From Bacteroidota bacterium (GTDB taxonomy: Bacteria > Bacteroidota > Bacteroidia > Chitinophagales > UBA2359), in assembly GCA_020631245.1 (NCBI GenBank), contig JAHDHP010000017.1, positions 1-27,556 on the forward strand: a stretch of 27,556 bases of DNA, in the 5' to 3' direction. The position numbers and the translations under genes were made by a program. Of the stretch, positions 20,277-27,319 are shown piece after piece (the stretch's first letter is position 1; every line of letters starts with the position of its first letter). The notes below the pieces were generated by a model, which had not been told where the DNA came from, did not search any database, and saw nothing but the letters and a program-made list of their open reading frames with translations.

Positions 20277-20465
20277 GAGCTTGCAATCTTTGGGTAGTGT
20301 TTCGCTACTCTTGTATACAATCTTAGCATACACCACTGGCCACCTCTTTAAGGTGCGAGACAATGCAAGATGGTGCAGTTTTCGGCATGTCTTTCGTAAA
20401 GAAAAACTGCACCATCTTACAGTCTCGCTTGGAGTTGAGTCGTCCAGTTCTGAGCTTCATCGAAG
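20277..20465 (+). ncRNA. Array unit 3. Unique hairpin at 20355-20427.
   Basis: 'gcgagac' / 'gtctcgc' basal stem, then an interior loop. 16-bp stem 'aagatggtgcagtttt' / 'aaaactgcaccatctt'. Loop 'cggcatgtctttcgtaaagaa'. Confidence 0.6.
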
Positions 20466-20508
20466 TAAACAGGTGTAAATTACTTATTCAACTATTTCAC
20501 ACAAGAAA

Positions 20509-20696
20509 GAGCTTGCAATCTTTGGGCGGTGTATCACCGCTTTTGCTGACAATCTTAGCACACATCACTGACTGCCTCTTTAAGTTGCGTGATAGACAAC
20601 TATGTCGGAATTCCTGTTCGGTTTTCGTAAACCGATTTCCGACATAGTTATCATCCCGCTTGGAGTTGAGCCATCCAGTACCGAGCTTCATCGAAG
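20509..20696 (+). ncRNA. Array unit 4. Unique hairpin at 20587-20659.
   Basis: Basal 'gcg/cgc', then an interior loop. 14-bp stem 'aactatgtcggaa' / 'ttccgacatagtt'. Loop 'ttcctgttcggttttcgtaaaccgat' with the nested mini-hairpin cggttt/aaaccg. Confidence 0.6.
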
Positions 20697-20759
20697 TACA
20701 CTTGTTGTGAATAGTTGATTTTTTAACACCACTTTTTCTCATTAAAAAATTGTTTTATT

Positions 20760-22283
20760 TTGTCTCAACCCAAAACTCGACAAGAACTATACGAACAAAT
20801 TCGTCAAACATCTAAGGCAGAGTTTATTTTATCAGAAATGATTCGACTTGGATTTTGGGAGGAAGGAGATGGGCAACCTTCTCTTCCTACTGCATTCATT
20901 AAAGAACGTGCTGATTTACACCGTGAACTCAGCAAGTTGATGTCTACTGCGCGAAAGCTGGACAATCCAGACCAAGTGCTAAAAGAGTATCGTCAAAAAC
21001 GCCTTAAAGAGTCGAACGAAAAACAACAGGAAAATCGAGAAAGACGAGAAAAAGAACGCTTAGAACGAGCCGAAAAATGGAAGGAGCGAAAAAGTAAAGA
21101 GATTGTTTACTTAGGTGAAGAAATTTCAGGTGGATTAAATGAAACCGACGCGAATGAAGAACAACTCAAGCGTTTTGGTTTACCCAACTTTGAAAACGCT
21201 GCGATTTTAGCGGAAGCAATGGGAATTGATTTGGGGAAATTGCGCTTTTTGGCTTACAACCGTAAAGTGAGTAAGGTATCGCACTACAAACGCTTTTACA
21301 TGGCTAAAAAGTCGGGAGGCAAACGACTCATTTCTGCTCCGATGCCACAGCTCAAAGGTGCCCAATATTGGGTATTAGAAAACATTCTAAACAAAGTCAA
21401 TATTCACGAAGGGGCGCATGGTTTCCGTCAAGGGCATTCGATTGTCTCTAATGCTCAAAATCACGTCGGACAGGATGTAGTGATTAACTTCGATTTCAAA
21501 GATTTTTTTCCCACTATTACTTTTAAGCGGGTAAAAGGCTGTTTTGTCAACTTGGGCTATTCGGAGCAAATCGCAACCATCTTTGCAGCCCTTTGCACCG
21601 AACCCGATGTAGATGAGGTCGAAATGGATGGACATACTTATTATGTCGCTAAAGGACCGCGTCACCTTCCACAAGGCGCGCCTACCAGTCCTGCATTGAC
21701 CAATATAATTTGCTATAAACTTGATGCACGCATGGCGGGTATGTGCAAAGTGCTAGGTTTTAATTATTCGCGTTATGCGGATGATATGAGTTTTTCTGCT
21801 TCAGGTGATGCGGTTAAAGATGTGGGACGACTCATTTGGTCGGTTCATCAAACTGCCGAATCGGAAGGCTTTATGATTCATCCTGATAAAACGCGGGTGA
21901 TGCGCAAAAACCAACAGCAAGAGGTGACTGGCATTGTCGTGAATGAGCAATTGGGGATTGATCGGAAGGAGTTGAAAAAATTTCGAGCTTTATTACACCA
22001 AATTCGCCAAACAGGTATGGCTGGTAAGACCTGGGGGGCTGGTAAGGATTTGGCTGCTTCTATCTGGGGTTATGCTAATTTTGTGGCGATGGTCAAACCT
22101 GAAAAGGGGGCAAAATTGGTCGCTGAAGTGAAGCAAATTTTAGGTAAACAAACGCCTAGTAAGCCTGCTGGTTCGTCGGAAGGAGAAAAAGATTTGGCTC
22201 GTAAAATTGCAGCGGAGAAGGAACGATTAGAGCAAAAGAAGAAGGAGGAAGATGATAAAAAAGATAATTGGAAAATGTGGTAA
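20760..22283 (+). CDS. Retron-type reverse transcriptase with a ~160-aa N-terminal coiled-coil extension and a ~100-aa K/E-rich C-terminal extension
   Basis: RT motifs 'KRLISAPMPQLKGAQYWVLENIL', 'FRQGHSIVSNAQNHVGQDVVINFDFKDFFPTI' (NAxxH), 'LPQGAPTSPALTNI', 'YSRYADDMSFS' (YADD) and 'QEVTGIVVNEQLGI' (VTG). The ORF begins at a TTG at 20760. The first in-frame ATG is at 20838. Confidence 0.85.
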   Translation: MSQPKTRQELYEQIRQTSKAEFILSEMIRLGFWEEGDGQPSLPTAFIKERADLHRELSKLMSTARKLDNPDQVLKEYRQKRLKESNEKQQENRERREKERLERAEKWKERKSKEIVYLGEEISGGLNETDANEEQLKRFGLPNFENAAILAEAMGIDLGKLRFLAYNRKVSKVSHYKRFYMAKKSGGKRLISAPMPQLKGAQYWVLENILNKVNIHEGAHGFRQGHSIVSNAQNHVGQDVVINFDFKDFFPTITFKRVKGCFVNLGYSEQIATIFAALCTEPDVDEVEMDGHTYYVAKGPRHLPQGAPTSPALTNIICYKLDARMAGMCKVLGFNYSRYADDMSFSASGDAVKDVGRLIWSVHQTAESEGFMIHPDKTRVMRKNQQQEVTGIVVNEQLGIDRKELKKFRALLHQIRQTGMAGKTWGAGKDLAASIWGYANFVAMVKPEKGAKLVAEVKQILGKQTPSKPAGSSEGEKDLARKIAAEKERLEQKKKEEDDKKDNWKMW

Positions 22284-22340
22284 ACACGGAGTGCACAGAG
22301 AGGGGAACACGGAGCGCACAGAGAGGGGAACACGGAGCGC
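22284..22340. repeat. Short tandem repeat of ~22 bp, about 2.6 copies ('acacggagcgcacagagaggggaac')
   Basis: 'aacacggagtgcacagagaggggaacacggagcgcacagagaggggaacacggagcgca' lies between the RT stop and the convergent LRR gene stop. Confidence 0.6.
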
Positions 22341-22349
22341 ATGAACGGG

Positions 22350-24623
22350 CTATAAGTCCCAGCCATACTCTTCTTGAAATCGTTGATTGTTTTTAAGTTC
22401 TCTTTGAAAAACTTTATGATAATGATGGTAGCAGAAATAGAATATCGGTAAGTGATCTATTTCTGCTTCTTTTGTTTGTAGCTTTATTTTTCTATTATTA
22501 TCTATCTCATCTAAGTTAGGATTGAAAAGTTGATGTTTTCTAGCCATTACCTTCCTTATTTTTTCGGAACCATATAAACGCAATAAATTGGCGGCTGCCT
22601 GTTTATTGGTTTTGTCTTCAGCCAATTTATAAATTGCTAGTAATAGTGGTACTATTTTTTTGGGTACTCCTCCCCCTTCCAGCATTCCTAGACCTATAGC
22701 TACATTTTCTGCTTCTGGATTTACTAATAAATTAATGAGCATTGATAAATCTACCATTTCATCTTCCGCAAGGAGGAAAGGGGTTTCATGTTGATGGAGA
22801 AATTGAAGGAACTGTGGTTCTAAAAAGAAGACCAATCGTTCTTTATTTAGATCTTTGGTAATTGGTACATTTTTACCTAGTAAAACATGCGTTGTATTAT
22901 CAGTAATTTTAGTGGTGGAAGCAATATTTAAGTCTGTCAATTTTTCCCTGATTTCTTTTCTGGCGTGAACCGTCTTACCTAATATCAATACTTCTGAATT
23001 TTCTGTAAGTGGTTGTTCGGAAAAGGTGGGCGACTGTACCGCTAGATTCACAGCTGCTTTATGTTTTAATTCGGAAACGGGGAAAAATAAAGCGGGTAGT
23101 AAATCTACTCGTTTTAATTGCACAATCTGCTCCTCTTGTTCATTTAAAATGTGTAGCATATTTCGCTGTACCTGCCACGGTATTTGCTCTTTCCACTTGG
23201 AGAGAGCTTGTACGAATAAAAAGTAAGCACGTGTTAATAAAATAGGTTCTTCGAAATCAGTAATTCCTAGTCCTTTTAATTCATAATCAGGTGTAACTAT
23301 TATTTTTTTAGGAATCCATGAAGCTAAAGCAGGGTAAGTTTCTATAAGCGTAGCTAGTTTTCGAAAATAGAAAGCTCCTGTAGGAATATTTTCGAGATGT
23401 TTATTGGTGAGCGATACCGTTTTTATATGCTTGGCTAATGCTAGTGAAATGGGATAGGTTTTAAGTGGATTATCCTGAGCACAGATCATACGACACTTAG
23501 GCAGATCGCCAATGGTCTCTGGAAGCGATTCGAGTTTATTTTTACGACAATCTAAGAATTTGAGTTTAGGAAGCTGTCCTATTTCATTAGGGAGTTTATT
23601 AAACTCTCCCCAAGCCATATTTAAAGATTCTAAGCTGGTGAGTTGCCCAATACTGGAAGGAAGTGTCTCCATTTGACTATTGTTCAATTGGAGTAATTTT
23701 AGCTTCTTGAGCTTTCCAATGGTAGGTGGCAGACTTTTGAGGGGGGTAGCAGCTAATTGTAAGTTTTCGAGTTTGGGCAAGTTACCTATTTCAAGGGGTA
23801 AATCTTGGAGTGGGTTATGATTAAGATTTAAGATCTTTAGGTGGTTTAAGTTTTCAATGCTTACAGGGAGCGTTTGGAGTTGGCAATAAGCCAGTGATAA
23901 TGTATTTAAACGCATCATATCTCCTATTGATGCGGGAAGTTCAGTCAGTGGATTTTCTTGTATACTCAGTTCTTTAAGTTTGTGAAGTTTGCCAATGGTG
24001 TTGGGTAGTCTTGTGAGTTTGTTTTTATTCAAGTCTAGTAGTTCTAAGTATTGGAGATAGGCTATCTCATTAGGAAGCTCTTTAAGTTGATTGTTGGTAA
24101 GATTTAATCGCTGCAAGAGGCGCATGTTTCCTATTTCTCTGGGTAGTGTTTCTAGGTGATTACCCAGCAAATGTAAAGCGATTAACTCATGGAAATCGCT
24201 AATAGTTGTGGGAAGTGTTTTTAGATAATTGTGGGACAGATTTAATTCAAAGAGCCGTTTTAATTGTCCCATTTCGAGGGGTAGTGTTTGTAATTGGTTA
24301 TTAGACACATCGAGCAATCGGAGGTGCTTTAATTGTCCTATTTCGGGGGGTAATTGTGTTAGTTTATTCCAAGTAAGTTTGAGTACACGTAGCTTTTTAA
24401 GTTGCCCAATTTCGGGGGGTAAACTGTTGAGTTGATTGCTGCTAAGATCAAGTGTTTCAAGGTTTTTAAATTGACCAATTTCAGGTGGTAAACTGGTAAG
24501 GTGATTGTTGGACAGATTTAATTCCTGCACAGCTCCGCCTTTACCGAATATTTCGGCAGGTATTTCGGTAAGCTGTTGATGATTGAATTTGAGTTGCATG
24601 GAGGAATGAATAGAACATGCCAT
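22350..24623 (-). CDS. LRR protein paralog 2. ~350 aa of N-terminal LRRs plus a C-terminal BRCT-like / 'GGGVP' module.
   Basis: 757 aa. About 14 repeats of the form 'LxxLPPEIGQLKxLxxLxLxxNxL'. 'DNTTHVLLGKNVPITKDL' and 'GLGMLEGGGVPKKIVPLLLAIYKL' are shared with the other two paralogs. Confidence 0.85.
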   Translation of the reverse strand: MACSIHSSMQLKFNHQQLTEIPAEIFGKGGAVQELNLSNNHLTSLPPEIGQFKNLETLDLSSNQLNSLPPEIGQLKKLRVLKLTWNKLTQLPPEIGQLKHLRLLDVSNNQLQTLPLEMGQLKRLFELNLSHNYLKTLPTTISDFHELIALHLLGNHLETLPREIGNMRLLQRLNLTNNQLKELPNEIAYLQYLELLDLNKNKLTRLPNTIGKLHKLKELSIQENPLTELPASIGDMMRLNTLSLAYCQLQTLPVSIENLNHLKILNLNHNPLQDLPLEIGNLPKLENLQLAATPLKSLPPTIGKLKKLKLLQLNNSQMETLPSSIGQLTSLESLNMAWGEFNKLPNEIGQLPKLKFLDCRKNKLESLPETIGDLPKCRMICAQDNPLKTYPISLALAKHIKTVSLTNKHLENIPTGAFYFRKLATLIETYPALASWIPKKIIVTPDYELKGLGITDFEEPILLTRAYFLFVQALSKWKEQIPWQVQRNMLHILNEQEEQIVQLKRVDLLPALFFPVSELKHKAAVNLAVQSPTFSEQPLTENSEVLILGKTVHARKEIREKLTDLNIASTTKITDNTTHVLLGKNVPITKDLNKERLVFFLEPQFLQFLHQHETPFLLAEDEMVDLSMLINLLVNPEAENVAIGLGMLEGGGVPKKIVPLLLAIYKLAEDKTNKQAAANLLRLYGSEKIRKVMARKHQLFNPNLDEIDNNRKIKLQTKEAEIDHLPIFYFCYHHYHKVFQRELKNNQRFQEEYGWDL

Positions 24624-24654
24624 CTAATCATGGGCACTCACAAGGAATGCTTTT

Positions 24655-24870
24655 TCGCGTGAGGGATAGTAGTGGTAGCTTAGCGAAGTAGAAAGGTAAT
24701 GAGGCTTGGACTAGCAGGGCTGACGAAGGAAGACACTGCTAGTACTTTAGCCGAATACTTTTTCTACGAGGTAACTACAAACGGATAGCCCGACCTCATT
24801 TTTGCCCATACAGATGCCACCAGCGTCCTGGCTGGTAGCATCTGTATGGGCAAAAATGGGGGCACGCCCA
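24655..24870 (+). repeat. B-element copy between two LRR genes
   Basis: 'tcgcgtgagggatagtagtggtagctt..gactagcagggctgacgaaggaagacactgctag..caaacggatagcccgacc'. Hairpin 'tttttgcccatacagatgc' / 'gcatctgtatgggcaaaaa'. Ends with 'gggggcacgccca'. Confidence 0.75.
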
Positions 24871-24877
24871 GATAAAT

Positions 24878-27319
24878 CTATGGCACAAAAATAATTTCAC
24901 AGTAGGGAATGATTTCTTGTCCTAACTGATAGAGTAATCGCTTTTGTTCTGGGTTAGTAGCTGAAAGGGTTAATTTACGTAAATTTTGCAGTTGTTGAAA
25001 GGATTCAGGGATTTCGGTGATATTATTATGAGAAATATCGAGGGTTTGGAGTTTGGTAAGTGGCGTTAATTCTTCTAAATCCCCATTATCTAGTTGAATA
25101 TCTCGTAGTATTAATTGACGTAACTGTGTTAGATTACTGAGTCCTTTGATTTGAAATTCATTATCTATTTCTGATAGTTCGAGTGATTCCAAGCCTTTGA
25201 TTTGAAATATATTATCTTGGAAACTATTGATCGCTTTTCTACCTCGCCAAACGATTTTTTTGAGGGCATTTAGCTCGGTAAAAGATGGTGGCATTTTCCA
25301 AAGACTGTTATGAATTAGTTGTAGTTCTTCTAATTGTTGAAGCTGATGTATATTCTTGGGCAAACTACCTAACATCGTTTTTTGAATAATGAGTTGGCGC
25401 AAGTTGGTCATGTTTCCGAGGGAATCTTGATCGGTTCCGCCCCAATAACAATCATTTATTTTTAAGATTTCCCAACGATTTTGTTGCCCAATAATGACAG
25501 GAAAATTGTCGAACCGCATATTATCAAGGCTCAATTCCTTGTTCACTTCGTACATAGAAAGTATCTGTAACTTACCACTGTCTTCGATATAGGTATCTTC
25601 CAACAATAAAGCGTGTATGTTGGACTTTACTCGCTCGATGAGGTGTTTGGTAAGGAGTGTTTGATCTAAATTTGTTTGTTTGGCAAGTAACTGAATCTTT
25701 TTGCCGATGGGTTCTGGATGTGGATCGTCGAGTCGCCAATTTGAATTGAGTGCGTAACTAAGTAAATAGGAGCCATTGAGTTGTAGTAATTTCCTTAAAT
25801 TTGTCCTTACTTTTCCTTTGGAAGTTTTGAAAATAACCATTAATAAGGGAAGCATTTCGGGAGGTACGCCTCCTCCTCGTAGCATTTCGATGGCTAATAA
25901 TATATTTTCATTTGTTTGATTATTAAGCAATATACTTACCTTTTTAACTAATGTTTCTCGCTCTTCATTCTCGCTCATTTTGATATATGCTTCTTCTTTT
26001 TCTTCGAGAAAAAAGAGTAATTGTTGTTCGTTGAGAAAAATTAAATTGCTGTAATTTAATGCGGGCATTTTTGTTTTGACGAACTTTCCAATGAGGACAT
26101 GGCTGGTATCTTTGTCGAAGGTATTGCTATACTTTATCTGTTGGGCTTCCAGCCGTTCTTGAATGGTTTTCTTTTTTTGTATAGTGTTTCCTAAAAAGGT
26201 AATTTTACTAGCTGACGATAGGTTTTGAGCATCAAAATGTTTACAAAGTGTTTGGACAATATTGTCTTGTACTATTTTGTGTGGGAAATGGAGGTATTCG
26301 AGTAGAAAATTGTGTGGTAATTGTTGAATATAGTCTTGGTTGTTGACAAATATTTGAAAGAGAGAATAACGAATTGAGAACGATGTATCTTGTTTTTTAA
26401 AACAGCGAATGAGCTTGTAAAATATGCGGTAATGTGGATCGGGCATAAATTTCTCATGCCCTTTTATATGCTTAATATTATTGAGTTGGAGTAACTCAAG
26501 GGGCATCTCCGTAATATTGGTTCCGCCTATTGCTAGGCTACGCAGCTTTTTTAACTTGCCAAATGTGGTAGGTAATTTTTGGATGGGATTGTTTGATAGT
26601 CCTAGTAATTTGAGTTGTTTGTAGTTGCCAATGTTTTGGGGTAATTTTTGAATTTGGTTATCATTTAGCTTTAGATTTTCGATGGTACTTTTTTGTTCAC
26701 TTCCTATTTCGGCTAAGGCAATGATTTTGTTTTTGGTAGCAACGATGGTATGCATGGAAGAATTGGATAATAAGGCAGCGGGTAAAATGCTTAATTGGTT
26801 TTCCTCTAACCATATTTCTTTTAGTTTTGGAGCGGTTCCTAGTCCTTTCTCAATTATGCTAATTGAATTGCAATTGACATTGATGATTTTGAGCTGTGGC
26901 AATTGAGATAAAATAGCAGGTAATATTTCCAGCTTATTACTTTGTATGACTAACTCCTCCAAGTTTTCACATTCTAAAATCTCTTCTCCAATATGACTTA
27001 TTTTATTAAAGCTTAGATCGAGCTTTTTGAGATATTTGAAATGTTCGATTCCTTTAGGCAAAGCCGTTAAGCGATTGTTTTGCATTTTCAAATGAGTAAG
27101 CTTGGTACAATCGCTAATACTTGGAGGAAATACTAATGTATTGGCGTCTCCGTATAAATTACGAATACTTAAGGACTCTAATTGCCTCAAATTTCCAATT
27201 TCTTTGGGTATTTCTTTGATGTCGTTATTACCCAATATTAAGGTTTTCAGCTTGGTATACTCAAATACCTCGGCAGGTATTTTATCCATTTTTTTATAGG
27301 AGAGATCGAGACGGGGCAT
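24878..27319 (-). CDS. LRR protein paralog 3. N- and C-terminal LRR blocks flank the central BRCT-like / 'GGGVP' module.
   Basis: 813 aa. 'KDTSHVLIGKFVKTKMP' and 'LAIEMLRGGGVPPEMLPLLMVIFK' are shared with the other paralogs. LRRs 'LxxLxLxxNxIxxLPxxxGxL' at both ends. Confidence 0.85.
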   Translation of the reverse strand: MPRLDLSYKKMDKIPAEVFEYTKLKTLILGNNDIKEIPKEIGNLRQLESLSIRNLYGDANTLVFPPSISDCTKLTHLKMQNNRLTALPKGIEHFKYLKKLDLSFNKISHIGEEILECENLEELVIQSNKLEILPAILSQLPQLKIINVNCNSISIIEKGLGTAPKLKEIWLEENQLSILPAALLSNSSMHTIVATKNKIIALAEIGSEQKSTIENLKLNDNQIQKLPQNIGNYKQLKLLGLSNNPIQKLPTTFGKLKKLRSLAIGGTNITEMPLELLQLNNIKHIKGHEKFMPDPHYRIFYKLIRCFKKQDTSFSIRYSLFQIFVNNQDYIQQLPHNFLLEYLHFPHKIVQDNIVQTLCKHFDAQNLSSASKITFLGNTIQKKKTIQERLEAQQIKYSNTFDKDTSHVLIGKFVKTKMPALNYSNLIFLNEQQLLFFLEEKEEAYIKMSENEERETLVKKVSILLNNQTNENILLAIEMLRGGGVPPEMLPLLMVIFKTSKGKVRTNLRKLLQLNGSYLLSYALNSNWRLDDPHPEPIGKKIQLLAKQTNLDQTLLTKHLIERVKSNIHALLLEDTYIEDSGKLQILSMYEVNKELSLDNMRFDNFPVIIGQQNRWEILKINDCYWGGTDQDSLGNMTNLRQLIIQKTMLGSLPKNIHQLQQLEELQLIHNSLWKMPPSFTELNALKKIVWRGRKAINSFQDNIFQIKGLESLELSEIDNEFQIKGLSNLTQLRQLILRDIQLDNGDLEELTPLTKLQTLDISHNNITEIPESFQQLQNLRKLTLSATNPEQKRLLYQLGQEIIPYCEIIFVP

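Larger units (their letters stand above)
19815..20696 (+). repeat. Tandem array of four ~187-190-nt structured units (period 221-241 bp) immediately upstream of a retron-type RT. Proposed array of retron msr-msd-like ncRNAs.
   Basis: Units at 19815-20001, 20056-20242, 20277-20465 and 20509-20696. Each reads 'gagcttgcaatct(a/t)tggg[small hairpin]ttttg(t/c)tgacaatcttagca(t/c)aca(c/t)cact-N6-ctctttaag-Ntgcg-[unique hairpin]-cgcttggagttgag(t/c)c(a/g)tc(t/c)agt(a/t)c(c/t)gagcttcatcgaag'. Confidence 0.85.

Noticed and set aside
19815-20696. CRISPR array (regular repeats with variable inserts)
   Set aside because: The repeat period is ~230 bp with ~130-nt conserved parts, far from the 24-48-bp CRISPR repeats. 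The variable inserts are perfect palindromes, not spacer-like. There are no cas genes in the window.
19749-20742. ORFs 19749-19979(-), 20164-20478(+), 20363-20647(+) and 20497-20742(-) overlapping the tandem array
   Set aside because: They arise from reading through the repeated units. Their mutual 'similarity' reflects DNA repeats, and the coding signal is interrupted by structured hairpins. They are better explained as ncRNA.
19815-22283. Diversity-generating retroelement (TR/VR plus RT)
   Set aside because: The RT has the canonical 'QGAPTSP' motif 4 and the retron VTG and NAxxH motifs, not DGR-type signatures. The repeats are non-coding and are not at the 3' end of a target gene. The differences are compensatory in stems, not adenine-specific.
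20760-22283. Group II intron-encoded RT/maturase
   Set aside because: No intron RNA domains (e.g. domain V) flank it. There is no maturase/X or endonuclease domain, and the C-terminal extension is a low-complexity coiled-coil.
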